Shown piece after piece: positions 29,016 to 38,554 of a stretch of DNA of 64,000 nt. Below the pieces are notes generated by a model. That model was not told where the DNA came from. It worked only from the letters and a program-made list of their open reading frames with translations, and ran no database searches. How positions within the stretch are numbered: the stretch's first letter is position 1; the number at the start of each line of letters is the position of its first letter. Source of the stretch: an uncultured Planctomycetia bacterium (GTDB lineage Bacteria > Omnitrophota > Gorgyraeia > 2-02-FULL-51-18); the NCBI GenBank assembly GCA_964642015.1, contig CAZXLF010000006.1:58661-122660 (forward strand), read 5' to 3'. Position numbers and translations under genes: made by a program.

Positions 29016-29042
29016 ACTTCATTCAGACAAAAATTCAAAAGA

Positions 29043-30536
29043 TCATTTCGTAAAAAACAGCACTTCCACGTTCAGATATTTTTCATCATAGATCCTGCGG
29101 TAACGCGCCAACAAAGTCTTATCGATCAAACCTGATCGATCCTTGCTGTGTGACAAGATCACCCAGACGCGGTCATGCCCTTTGACCAATGATTCGAGTT
29201 CGCTCATCTTATCAGGCGTCACGTTCAATGAATCTTCCACAGGCACGAACCGCGTAAGCATTTGACCTTTTGGAAAAGTTTTTTTGATCAACCCTTCTTT
29301 TTTGGAATAGTATTCGAACAGCAAAGTAAAATCCCTGTGGAACACGATCAAGTCACCCGGTTTAGAGTGTTCTTCTACAAAATGAGCTGCTTCGCGGAAC
29401 TGAGTTTTTTGCGGATGACTGAAGTAAATCGTCAAACCGTAGACTGAGCACGCCAAAACAACCAGCGCCAATACCCATCGAACATGGCGTTGGCCTATGT
29501 CACAAATGCCTTTGGCGGCCAGAAGATAGAATGGAAACGTAGCAGCGATCGTATATCGCGGAGAAAAAATAGGCATCCATATAAGCGACACAACGATCGG
29601 CAGTCCCATTGTGACCAAAGTCCACAATGATAAAAGTGCGAATGAAAAAAAATAGTCTGATTTCCCGGATCGGAATGCTTTGTAGACAGAAAATGCCATA
29701 AGCAGTGCGTATAATTTCAAGAGCATGAAACCAGCATAAGAGCGGAATGTCACCCAAACAAGCTTCAATGTCGGTGTCTCGATCCAAAAATTATGATTGA
29801 TCATGCCAGCATCTTTTTTAGAGATCAGTATCCACGGCAGGTATAAAAAGAAGAGGGTGGCCTGTAAAACAATCCAGCTCTTTATTTGCTTCCAAGCAAA
29901 GTGCTTGCGCAATAAAAGCGCGGAAAATAAAAAAACATTCTGGACGATCACCGTAAAAACAGCGTAGGTATGCGTATACAAAAGAAACGCGCTGAATACG
30001 GTATAAGCCGCGCGACTTTGCATGGTATTTTTTTCTTCACGCAGTATCTTTACAAAAAAATACATCGAGACTAGAGACAAAAACGCCATCAAGCTATAAC
30101 TTCTGGCTTCCTGCGAATAAGCGACATGGAACGTGTTGAGCGCCATGATAGCGGCGGCTAAAAGACCGGCGCTTTCATTAAAAAGGATCCTGCCCAATAA
30201 ATAGATCCACCAGATCGCAAAGACGCCGAATATCACCGAAGGAAAACGAAGCGAAGCCTCACTTTCCCCGAAAATACTTACCCATATATGCATGATGCAG
30301 GAATAAAGCGGCGGGTGAATGTCTTCCAGAGAGTTTTCCATGATCCCCGCAAGATCATAATGGGCGACTTGCCTCGTGCAATCTTCATCCATCCAAAGAC
30401 TTTCGTGGCCGAGATGATAAACGCGTACAAAGATCCCCGCGCAGAGGATCAGAAAAAATATCCAACGGTACTTTGTTGAGGCGCTTTTAACTGAATGAGT
30501 ATTTTCCAGGCTCACCTCTTGATCGCTCCCAGACAT
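29043..30536 (-). CDS. GT-C fold glycosyltransferase of the ArnT/PMT (GT39/GT83-like) family
   Basis: About 12 TM; the N-terminal DE-containing loop (LWMDEDCT) and hydrophobic architecture are typical of PMT_2-type dolichyl/undecaprenyl-phosphate sugar transferases. Confidence 0.6.
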   Translation of the reverse strand: MSGSDQEVSLENTHSVKSASTKYRWIFFLILCAGIFVRVYHLGHESLWMDEDCTRQVAHYDLAGIMENSLEDIHPPLYSCIMHIWVSIFGESEASLRFPSVIFGVFAIWWIYLLGRILFNESAGLLAAAIMALNTFHVAYSQEARSYSLMAFLSLVSMYFFVKILREEKNTMQSRAAYTVFSAFLLYTHTYAVFTVIVQNVFLFSALLLRKHFAWKQIKSWIVLQATLFFLYLPWILISKKDAGMINHNFWIETPTLKLVWVTFRSYAGFMLLKLYALLMAFSVYKAFRSGKSDYFFSFALLSLWTLVTMGLPIVVSLIWMPIFSPRYTIAATFPFYLLAAKGICDIGQRHVRWVLALVVLACSVYGLTIYFSHPQKTQFREAAHFVEEHSKPGDLIVFHRDFTLLFEYYSKKEGLIKKTFPKGQMLTRFVPVEDSLNVTPDKMSELESLVKGHDRVWVILSHSKDRSGLIDKTLLARYRRIYDEKYLNVEVLFFTK

Positions 30537-31183
30537 TCTTCGGTATCGTTGGCCGGAGAATTTACTGCCCTAGAAACCGGGTACGCTTCCATCTCTTCGC
30601 TTGAATAAGGTTTAAGAAGCTGGGTCAAAACCGGTTCATCTTTATTTTCCGGATCAAGCCATATCTCTCTGGCCTCGCCATCCAAAATAACCGGCATCCG
30701 GTCATGGATCGGTTTCATCAATTCATTCGCGCCGCAGGTAATGATCGCGCAAGTGCGGATTTCCTGATCTTTAGGATCTTTCCAATGCGACCAGAGCCCC
30801 GCAAATGTGAAAGGTTCGCCGGTTTTTAGATGCACAAAATACGGTTGCTTACCGTGCGGCGACTCTGCCCATTCATAAAAGCCATCGGCAAGAATCAGGC
30901 ATCGATGCTTATGCAGCAGGCCTTTGAAACTGGGTTTTTCCGCCAGCGTTTCAGCTCGCGCGTTGATCATTCTCTGACCGATGGCTTCATCCTTCGCCCA
31001 AGATGGGACAAGCCCCCATCTCAAAGGTTCGATATGCGGCTCTTTTTCATTGATCACAGCGGCTATTTTTTGAGAAGGCGCAATATTAAAACGCGGCTTG
31101 AGAAGATCGATTTCTTCCTGTTTTATTTTTAACTCTTTGGCTTTTATGTTTTTTGGTTTGGATAGACTAAAACGTCCGCACAT
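30512..31183 (-). CDS. SOS-response-associated peptidase (SRAP/YedK) abasic-site processing protein
   Basis: N-terminal MCGRF (catalytic Cys2), then PRFNIAPSQ, RWGLVPSW and ADGFYEW motifs. Confidence 0.8.
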   Translation of the reverse strand: MCGRFSLSKPKNIKAKELKIKQEEIDLLKPRFNIAPSQKIAAVINEKEPHIEPLRWGLVPSWAKDEAIGQRMINARAETLAEKPSFKGLLHKHRCLILADGFYEWAESPHGKQPYFVHLKTGEPFTFAGLWSHWKDPKDQEIRTCAIITCGANELMKPIHDRMPVILDGEAREIWLDPENKDEPVLTQLLKPYSSEEMEAYPVSRAVNSPANDTEECLGAIKR

Positions 31184-31207
31184 CGGATCAATACCCCACC
31201 GGGCATA

Positions 31208-31996
31208 TCATCGGGGGATCCTGGGATCCATTTTTTCTAAAGTTTCGGTAAGGACTTGGGAAATAGCCGCGTTCCTGACCCATTTGTGATCCGAAGGGAT
31301 AACATACCACGGCGCCCAACCAGTCGAGCATTGGGTCAACGTTTCTTCATAAGCGCTCATGTATTTTTTCCAAAGCTTGCGCTCAAGCTCATCAGCTTTG
31401 TTGTATTTCCAATGTTTGGATCCCTCTTTCAGGCGGTCCTTCAGGCGTTGACCTTGTTCTTTCCTGCTGATATGCAGAAAAAATTTGAGGGTCGTCACAC
31501 CGTTCTCAAAAAGGTACCGTTCAAAATCATTGATCTGCCTGCACCGGAGCCGGAGAGTTTCCTTAGGCAAAAGCTTATGCGCAAAATTCACCAAAATATC
31601 TTCGTAATGAGAGCGGTTAAAAATACCGATCATGCCTTTCGACGGAATATTTGCGTGCACACGCCAAAGAAAATCATGGGACGCTTCCTCCTCAGAAGGC
31701 TTCTTGAAAGAAACGACACGGCACCCTTGAGGATTTACCCCTGAAAAAATATGGCGCACCACACCGTCTTTTCCGCTGGTGTCCATTCCTTGCAGTACGA
31801 CCAAAAGTGCCTGCTTATGTTCTGCATAAAGCCGATACTGGAATTTCTCCAGTTTCTCCAGACGATCATCCAGCAGCGCTTTGACATCATCCTTTTCGAG
31901 TTTTAACTTATCCGCTGGGTCGCGTTGATAAAGGCGGGCCGATGATCCGGGACGCACTGTAAGATTACGAAACTTTTTATCTGATTTGCCAGACAT
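31208..31996 (-). CDS. ppk2: Polyphosphate kinase 2 (PPK2 family)
   Basis: Walker A-like QGMDTSGKDG, a SFKKPSEEE...DFLWR lid and a NRSHYED motif. Confidence 0.8.
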   Translation of the reverse strand: MSGKSDKKFRNLTVRPGSSARLYQRDPADKLKLEKDDVKALLDDRLEKLEKFQYRLYAEHKQALLVVLQGMDTSGKDGVVRHIFSGVNPQGCRVVSFKKPSEEEASHDFLWRVHANIPSKGMIGIFNRSHYEDILVNFAHKLLPKETLRLRCRQINDFERYLFENGVTTLKFFLHISRKEQGQRLKDRLKEGSKHWKYNKADELERKLWKKYMSAYEETLTQCSTGWAPWYVIPSDHKWVRNAAISQVLTETLEKMDPRIPR

Positions 31997-32025
31997 ATGA
32001 AAATGTATCGATACGGCGGTCTGAA

Positions 32026-32469
32026 CTATTGCTTAATATAATACCCTGCCAGACGCCACTGACTGTCATTATCCTTCATAACGGTGACAGTTTCAAAAGC
32101 CGATTTCTTGTTCTCAAAAAAAGTATAATAACCCAACACATAATATTCGCCATCAGGAGCACCCGGTAATTTCGTAGTAAATTGTCTTGTGCTTAAATTA
32201 CGGGATACCAAACCTCCGAACACTTTACGAGCGGCCGAAAGCTGCGTAATGAACTTATCTTTCTGGGCCATTGTTTTTAAATACACGCTGCCGGCATCCC
32301 AAGCTTCTGCATACTGCGCTTTATCAATAGCTGTTAAAGCTGTCTGCGACGCAGTAACGGCTGCCTGATCGCGAGTCTCGGTGTTTGGGACTTCCGCAGC
32401 CGACGCCTGATTAAAATTTATCAAGAAAAGAGCCGCAAAAAACAAAGCCAACATAACTTTTTTCTCCAT
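32026..32469 (-). CDS. Secreted DUF4019-like protein
   Basis: Signal peptide; resemblance to DUF4019 family (recall only). Confidence 0.4.
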   Translation of the reverse strand: MEKKVMLALFFAALFLINFNQASAAEVPNTETRDQAAVTASQTALTAIDKAQYAEAWDAGSVYLKTMAQKDKFITQLSAARKVFGGLVSRNLSTRQFTTKLPGAPDGEYYVLGYYTFFENKKSAFETVTVMKDNDSQWRLAGYYIKQ

Positions 32470-32606
32470 CCACGTCCTCCTTTGATTTTATCTATAATTA
32501 GACAGAAAGATTTTATGCGCGCTTCTTTGAAAAGCGGTCTCTCACGAAAACTCTAGCAAGTTCTTCGGTCACAAGAGGGATACTTTCTTTTCTTGGCATG
32601 GAGGTT

Positions 32607-32921
32607 TTAGTCATCATTGTTTTGGATCATTCCTCGAAGATAAAGCCCTTCCTCGGCCAACTGCCGCCTGATCTCATAATGACAATCAAGCCAGTGGCGC
32701 AGCTTCTTGGGATCTTCAACGGACAACAGCTTTGTAAGCTCATCCTTCGGGACATCCAATAAGGCTACGATAGCCACTTCTTCTTTTTCTCCTTCGGTGT
32801 GCACATGCTCCATGAGCTCAGTGGTCGGAACATGGTGAATAAAATGCTGCTGCACAAGATAAGCTAACTTTTCCCTAGGAATATCACAAAAACATTTATT
32901 CGTATGGACAACCTGATCCAT
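32607..32921 (-). CDS. Hypothetical cytoplasmic protein, His-rich
   Basis: No recognisable family. Confidence 0.3.
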   Translation of the reverse strand: MDQVVHTNKCFCDIPREKLAYLVQQHFIHHVPTTELMEHVHTEGEKEEVAIVALLDVPKDELTKLLSVEDPKKLRHWLDCHYEIRRQLAEEGLYLRGMIQNNDD

Positions 32922-33106
32922 GCTCTATTCTCCGGACTGATGACGATGGGAGCATTTTACTTCGGAATAGATAAATAGTCCACTTCTCATTATAAAGATC
33001 AAAAATTAAGCATTTTTTATCAGAATATTTTACTTAACCTTTAAGCCAAGCCATGATATGATAAAATTTGTAATTATTGATTATAAATATATACAAAGGA
33101 GATAAA

Positions 33107-33280
33107 ATGCGTAAAAGAATGTTCCTAGTAAGCGTCCTTCTTATCTTAGCGGTCGCATGGTGCATCAATGCATATGCCGCAGATAGCGGGACAACAGCAT
33201 GGCAAGGATTCTGGAATTCTGTTGGCGGATTTCTTTATAATGCGCTGCCCTGGAACTGGGGCAGCTGGTGGGGTAAATAA
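33107..33280 (+). CDS. Small secreted Trp/Gly-rich peptide (57-aa precursor, about 30-aa mature)
   Basis: AAGGAG RBS 7 nt upstream. Signal peptide MRKRMFLVSVLLILAVAWCINAYA. Mature ADSGTTAWQGFWNSVGGFLYNALPWNWGSWWGK. Immediately followed by a perfect terminator. Confidence 0.5.
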   Translation: MRKRMFLVSVLLILAVAWCINAYAADSGTTAWQGFWNSVGGFLYNALPWNWGSWWGK

Positions 33281-33296
33281 GACCTTATTTGATTTA

Positions 33297-33336
33297 AAAA
33301 AGAGACGCGTTTCATTACGCGTCTCTTTTTTATGTC
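33297..33336. terminator. Rho-independent terminator (bidirectional) between convergent genes
   Basis: aaaaaagagacgcgt-ttcatt-acgcgtctctttttt. Confidence 0.7.
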
Positions 33337-33350
33337 CAAAATTCGTTAGC

Positions 33351-34136
33351 CTATTTTCTGCAAAGTAATATATTAGCCTGCTTCAAAAGTGTTTGCGGTT
33401 CATTAAAACAAAAAATATCACGGATGCCAAGTTTTTTACACAAACTTTGAGTGACTGAATGATTCAGCGTGTCGTATTGACGCGAATACAGGATCAACGG
33501 TATCGGAGCTGATTCCGTAACTAAACGGAATTCAAATGCCACGTCATCACCCGCCATGTCCTCTAGCCCTAATTTTATCATGACGATATCAGGCCGTTCA
33601 CCCATTGCACTGGCGAGCAAACCGATCCCGGCTTTGTAATGACGCACCGCGTAACTGACGCTTTCAAAAAGAGGTTTTGCTTGCTCTACAAATTCATCGT
33701 CGTCATCCGCCCAAAGCATTTTCCAGGTAGTTTTCAGTGTTTGAGGATAATCTTCGGTTGGCTCTGACGAACGCACAAGTGTGTGTTCTACCTGCCGGAT
33801 AATGTCCTCGAATTTCGCCGGCTTGACAATAAAATCCAACACATCCTGTTCTTTTAAAATATCGCGGAGCTCTTCGCGCGCAGAAACGACAAGCGTCGGC
33901 ACATCCATCTTACCTTTATCGTTCATTGCTTTATTGAGGAATTCGAGACCGTTCATGCGGGGCATTGTGATATCCAAAATAATAAAGTTAGGCTTATGTT
34001 TCTCCAAGGCCTCTAAACCTTCGCGCCCATCGTAAGCCGTAATGATATTATAACCGCGGTAATTTAGAGTGCTTCGCAGCGCATCCACGAAATCTTTTTC
34101 ATCATCGATGATCAGCACTGATTTAGTTTCGGTCAT
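33351..34136 (-). CDS. Orphan response regulator with two tandem receiver domains and no output domain
   Basis: REC1: IIDDE...ILDITMPRMNG...VKP. REC2 is degenerate: WADDDDE...IVMIKLGLEDMAGDDV. Confidence 0.65.
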   Translation of the reverse strand: MTETKSVLIIDDEKDFVDALRSTLNYRGYNIITAYDGREGLEALEKHKPNFIILDITMPRMNGLEFLNKAMNDKGKMDVPTLVVSAREELRDILKEQDVLDFIVKPAKFEDIIRQVEHTLVRSSEPTEDYPQTLKTTWKMLWADDDDEFVEQAKPLFESVSYAVRHYKAGIGLLASAMGERPDIVMIKLGLEDMAGDDVAFEFRLVTESAPIPLILYSRQYDTLNHSVTQSLCKKLGIRDIFCFNEPQTLLKQANILLCRK

Positions 34137-34292
34137 AGCGATAGTTTACTCTGCCGTTTTTTTTCTGTCACGCAAATCGTTTTATTAATTGCCGATTTTT
34201 AAATATTGCTGTCAAATAGATCTATATTGACATAAGCTTGTCTATTATTTTATATTGATGATAATATTTGATGCACAATTATAAGGAGATTT

Positions 34293-34658
34293 ATGGGCGT
34301 AATAAAAGATGTATTCTTCGGAGAGTCTACTACGGAACAGGCGATGAACGACACGAAATGGATACTCTTTTTTATTGCAGGCAATATCATAATGATCGGT
34401 TTTGTAAGAGCTATCGTTTCCTTACAGATGGGTCTGATCCCATTGGGAGCCGGCTTGCTTTTTCTGGCCCTCGCATTTATCCCGCAATATCACTTGAGAC
34501 TTCTGACTTTTATCGCGTTCACCCTTTTATTGTGGGCTGACTTTTTAATACGGCACAATCCGTTCTCGATCGTTTACAGCGTCATTGGCATCTATCATAT
34601 CTATCTTCTCCTGCGCTGGAAGCCTCAAAGTAAAAAAGAGGGCGCGACGTCATCATGA
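34293..34658 (+). CDS. Small membrane protein (3-4 TM)
   Basis: Hydrophobic helices; 4-nt overlap with the next gene (operon). Confidence 0.4.
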   Translation: MGVIKDVFFGESTTEQAMNDTKWILFFIAGNIIMIGFVRAIVSLQMGLIPLGAGLLFLALAFIPQYHLRLLTFIAFTLLLWADFLIRHNPFSIVYSVIGIYHIYLLLRWKPQSKKEGATSS

Positions 34659-35488
34659 AGAAAACCCCCATAATAATTTTTTTCTTTCTGGTTTTAACTT
34701 TAATGATTAATGGTTTTGCTTTCGCCGAAGATTACATTGAAGCAAAAGGCCGTGGCATTCTTTCCGGAAAGATCATCAGCGAAAATGAAAAAGAAGTGAT
34801 TTTCCGCGATTCTCACGGTATCACGCTGACATTTCCGAAAAGCGAGATCACGTTACTAGAACGGGGTAAGTCGGAAGAGCCTGCCGCCGCATCCAATCCT
34901 TTCTCGCTTTCAACGCCAGCCTCTGCTTCGCGTCACTACGACGCTTCCGTTTCTTCTTCTCCGCAAGTGAGAGATGCGATGCAGCAAATAAAACGCGCTT
35001 TAAAAGAAAGGGCTGAAACCAGAGCGGCAAATAAAGACATCATGACGAAAATAAATCTGTTTATCGAAGGTGTCTATCAATGGCAGGTGGCCTTTTTCGT
35101 GCCTGACACCGAGGCGCTTACAGGCGCTTTCATGGAAGCCGTGAATCAATCACACAGAAAGCAGGGAAGCCCTGCTATCGGTATCGCTGGCATCATCATT
35201 GTGATCGTCGGAGCGATCGGGCTAATGGTCTGCGGATTCAAAGTTTTGACCGCCTCATTCCGTCAAGGCGCTACTTGGGGCTTTTTGCTTTTAGGCAATA
35301 GTTTTATGTTCTACTTGATTCGATTCGGAGAATCGGCGATCTTCATTTCCCATGTGCTGAATATCTTTGTATCCTATTTTTTCATAACGCGCTTCAATGT
35401 ATTCCGCAAATTAATGATATTCGGACTGATCTGTTTAAATCTTATCCTTGCAGCGGTCATGGTTCTTCGCTTAGGTTTTACGACATAG
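34655..35488 (+). CDS. Membrane protein: signal peptide, a periplasmic beta-rich domain, then C-terminal TM helices
   Basis: Shares a short domain (GILSGKIISENEKEVIFRDSHGITLTFPKSEI) with the C-terminus of the next protein. Confidence 0.4.
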   Translation: MKKTPIIIFFFLVLTLMINGFAFAEDYIEAKGRGILSGKIISENEKEVIFRDSHGITLTFPKSEITLLERGKSEEPAAASNPFSLSTPASASRHYDASVSSSPQVRDAMQQIKRALKERAETRAANKDIMTKINLFIEGVYQWQVAFFVPDTEALTGAFMEAVNQSHRKQGSPAIGIAGIIIVIVGAIGLMVCGFKVLTASFRQGATWGFLLLGNSFMFYLIRFGESAIFISHVLNIFVSYFFITRFNVFRKLMIFGLICLNLILAAVMVLRLGFTT

Positions 35489-35489
35489 G

Positions 35490-36215
35490 GTGTCGAAAAA
35501 TTTCTTATTCATTCCGGTTATTATACTTTCGATCGGCTTGAGTTCACATTATATCCATGCCGAAGACATCCATGCGGAAGAAAAAGAAAATTATTCGAAT
35601 GTGTTGAAAACCGCCGCCGCTTTGCAAACCAAACCCTACCAATATTATGAAAAGATCGTTGACGATCTGGAATCACACGGTCATCTGAACGAAAATATGG
35701 AAAGTTTTGAAAGATCCGTATCCGGACTTTTTGGTCCGATGCAAACGGAAGATTACCATCGCCTTTCGATGGCGCTTTACTCCAGAGGATATGCGGAACA
35801 GTCTGAGCTGGTTTACAGAAAATTCGTGGAGCCTTCCAAAAAACTGTCTCCTCAGGAAGCATTGGAAAAAGCTCAAGAAAAACTTCATGCATATGAACAG
35901 GCGCGCGATCGTTTAACTGGAGACCAGTCCTCAACATCAGCCACCACAACTTCAATCGCAGATACAGCTACTCCGCTTAACAAACAAACCGCCGCCGCCA
36001 GAACGCCTTCAACACCCGCAATAAAACAATCATCATGGGAAAAAGGCACTGTATTTCACCGGCTCATTTTGACAAACGGCCAAACTATCGAAGGACGGAT
36101 CACAGAACAGGATGATAAAGGATTATGGCTTGAGACCGATCCTGGTTCTAAAGTTTATTTTGCGAAATCCGAATATAGCCAAGTTTCCCCTATTCAAACG
36201 GATAATTCAAAATAA
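35490..36215 (+). CDS. Secreted protein with the same small beta-domain at its C-terminus
   Basis: Signal peptide; C-terminal GTVFHRLILTNGQTIEGRITEQDDKGLWLETDPGSKVYFAKSEY. Confidence 0.4.
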   Translation: MSKNFLFIPVIILSIGLSSHYIHAEDIHAEEKENYSNVLKTAAALQTKPYQYYEKIVDDLESHGHLNENMESFERSVSGLFGPMQTEDYHRLSMALYSRGYAEQSELVYRKFVEPSKKLSPQEALEKAQEKLHAYEQARDRLTGDQSSTSATTTSIADTATPLNKQTAAARTPSTPAIKQSSWEKGTVFHRLILTNGQTIEGRITEQDDKGLWLETDPGSKVYFAKSEYSQVSPIQTDNSK

Positions 36216-36239
36216 GTCCAAAATTTCCGACTCATCATT

Positions 36240-37163
36240 TCATTCCCAATAGCGGAAAATTCGTTGTGCGAGCCGGTTTTTCCAGATATCAAGCGCAAGT
36301 GAGGTTTTGGAGGGCCAATGGCGCGTGAAAAAATTTACGCGCCGGTTCACAAAATCGAAATATTTTTCCGACATACCGCGATGGTTCAGGCTTAATCCCC
36401 ATTTTTTCTCGAAATAATCCATGCTCTGCCGGATCGCTTTCATGTCCCACTTCCAGCAATAGATCTTCACGTCATCAAGTTCCTGTAAACGATCCGTATA
36501 GTGGAGATAAACCATGGAATTCGGCTCGAACATCATCTTGCATCCACCCTTTGAAAGCGTCAGTCCCGAATCCATTTCATGAAATTCTCTCAAATTTTCA
36601 TCGTAAATGCCCAATCGTCTCGCCGTGTCGGCAACGACAAGCTGACAATGCACTTCGCAAAAATCCGATTCCTGGCGCTTGATGTTCGTATCCTGTCCTA
36701 CAACTTGATTGGCGAAACGAAGCTCCATTGATGCATACGCTTTGCCGTTCTCATGCGTAATGAAAAAATTGTTTCCGGCCGTGTGGATACGGTTCTGACG
36801 ATCAAGCACAATAGGCGCGACCATGTCCGCTCCGGTCTCGTTCTGACAGCGCACCAAAGGTTCATACCAGCCGGGGCGCACAAAAACATCCGTATCAATA
36901 AAGATCGCGAGCCTTGTTTGGACCAGTTTCAATGCTTTGTTCCTCGCCTGGGCGGTATTTAGAAATTCCAGTTCAGATATCCATTGAACACGCGATCCGA
37001 ATTTTTCCTTGAGACTCGTCTCAATATGCTTAGGAGCTCCGCCTAAGACGCCGATCACATCAAAAGGTTCTGGTGTTTGATTAAAAAGATTCGCGAAGCA
37101 ATGTTCGGCTGTCGAGAAACGATCCCGGGGGGTTACGACGATGGTGGTTTTTTCAAGCGCCAT
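36240..37163 (-). CDS. GT-A fold glycosyltransferase, paralogue of 9926-10924
   Basis: TIVVTPRDRFSTAEHCF...DTDVFVRPGW...IHTAGN...CQLVVADTARRLGIYDENLRE is collinear with copy 1 at about 50% identity. Confidence 0.65.
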   Translation of the reverse strand: MALEKTTIVVTPRDRFSTAEHCFANLFNQTPEPFDVIGVLGGAPKHIETSLKEKFGSRVQWISELEFLNTAQARNKALKLVQTRLAIFIDTDVFVRPGWYEPLVRCQNETGADMVAPIVLDRQNRIHTAGNNFFITHENGKAYASMELRFANQVVGQDTNIKRQESDFCEVHCQLVVADTARRLGIYDENLREFHEMDSGLTLSKGGCKMMFEPNSMVYLHYTDRLQELDDVKIYCWKWDMKAIRQSMDYFEKKWGLSLNHRGMSEKYFDFVNRRVNFFTRHWPSKTSLALDIWKNRLAQRIFRYWE

Positions 37164-37181
37164 ACGGTGTTATTGCTGATC

Positions 37182-37520
37182 TTAAGCGTTCTTTTCGGCC
37201 ATATCTCCTGCGATCGGCAATTTGAATTGTTCGCCTTGATAGGCTTTTACCATCAGCACGATCCACGCGATCAATTCCACGACGGACACAAGCGGGATCA
37301 GTGACCAGCCGACGACAGGAACAAACATCAGCACGAACGATAATGCGCTCAAAGCACCAAAAACAACTATCGATTGGAATGCATGAAAACGGACATACTT
37401 ATTATCTTTTTCTATGAGATAAAAAATAAGGCCTGTTATCCAACCAACCAGATAGCACAATAATGCAGCGACATTGGGTTGCGTGCCGGTGGAGGTCTTT
37501 CCGAGATCTTTGGCTTCCAT
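37182..37520 (-). CDS. DUF4870-family small membrane protein
   Basis: AALLCYLVGWITGLIFYLIEKDNKYVRFHAFQS signature. Start at an internal ATG with an AAGGAG RBS. Confidence 0.55.
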   Translation of the reverse strand: MEAKDLGKTSTGTQPNVAALLCYLVGWITGLIFYLIEKDNKYVRFHAFQSIVVFGALSALSFVLMFVPVVGWSLIPLVSVVELIAWIVLMVKAYQGEQFKLPIAGDMAEKNA

Positions 37521-37617
37521 GCATTGTCTCCTTTTTGAGGGTCCCGCAAAAATATTGCGGGACATGGTTTAGAGTATTCTAAACAAGCAAAGCCGGACGT
37601 TCAAGCAAGTTAGTTCA

Positions 37618-37920
37618 TTAACGAACCACGAGAAGCAGGATGATCGATGCAAAAATAAACGCAAGCAACAGGATCCCGGCCGGGTTTTTAAGAAAAAATC
37701 TTTTCAGTGCTATCAAAAATCCTTCGGGCATTTCGGTGGGCGCTCCGCAGTGCCGGCAGGACAGGTCTTCTTTGGTGAATGTCCAGCCGCAAGACCTGCA
37801 AACCCCAGCCCTTAGACCTTCTTTTTCTTCGTCACGCCATCTTTTCTCCAAAGACGCGGGGATCTTTTCTTCTTGCAGCTCCCATTCCGGAATCTCATCA
37901 TCTTCTTCATCTTCGAACAA
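37618..37920 (-). CDS. Zinc-ribbon protein with acidic N-terminus and C-terminal TM anchor
   Basis: CRSCGW...CRHCG Cys4 pair; C-terminal hydrophobic helix. Confidence 0.4.
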   Translation of the reverse strand: MFEDEEDDEIPEWELQEEKIPASLEKRWRDEEKEGLRAGVCRSCGWTFTKEDLSCRHCGAPTEMPEGFLIALKRFFLKNPAGILLLAFIFASIILLLVVR

Positions 37921-37952
37921 TGGAATCAGATCCTTTCAAAAAACAAAAAGCT

Positions 37953-37990
37953 ACAGAGATCGGATCCTCTGTAGCTTTTTTGAGATTTAA
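37953..37990. terminator. Bidirectional rho-independent terminator
   Basis: aaaaagctacagag-atcggatc-ctctgtagctttttt. Confidence 0.55.
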
Positions 37991-37993
37991 AGA

Positions 37994-38470
37994 TTACTTG
38001 CCTTCCCTTTCTTCCATTTCATGCTTTTCCATCTTCTCATGCAGCGCCTTCATCTTCGCGATCTGATCGGGTGTGAGAATGCTTTTCAGCTTCGCATAAG
38101 CGGCAAGATTGGTCTTCGCACCGGCCGACGCGGACGCAAAGCCTTTATCGATCAGCGCGCTCGTGGCTTCCACATCCACCTTGTCTTCAGAAAGATTGGA
38201 ATCAAGATCCAGCATGAAAGTCTTCATATCCGCCGCCTGCATGATACTGTCCTTCTCCGCTTGAAGCTTCAGCTCCTTGATGCTCTTCACCTGATCATCG
38301 GTAAGGCCTATATCGGATTTATTCTCAAGCAGGAAATGCGATTTCATCATCAACTTATTCGCGATCGGGCACTGACTTTCACTCTGATAACCTCCCCGTT
38401 CCGCCATATGAGCAAAAGCTGCCGAACCGGCACACAAAAACATCAGAACAAACATCATGGTCTTCTTCAT
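37994..38470 (-). CDS. Spy/CpxP-family periplasmic chaperone/stress protein (LTxxQ motifs)
   Basis: Signal peptide; two LTDDQ/LTPDQ (LTXXQ) motifs. Confidence 0.6.
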   Translation of the reverse strand: MKKTMMFVLMFLCAGSAAFAHMAERGGYQSESQCPIANKLMMKSHFLLENKSDIGLTDDQVKSIKELKLQAEKDSIMQAADMKTFMLDLDSNLSEDKVDVEATSALIDKGFASASAGAKTNLAAYAKLKSILTPDQIAKMKALHEKMEKHEMEEREGK

Positions 38471-38554
38471 AAAAAAATTCTCCTTTTAATAGTAACTATG
38501 GATAAATATCGAACTTCTATATTTTACCTCGAAAAATAAATAAGCTACAGAGAA

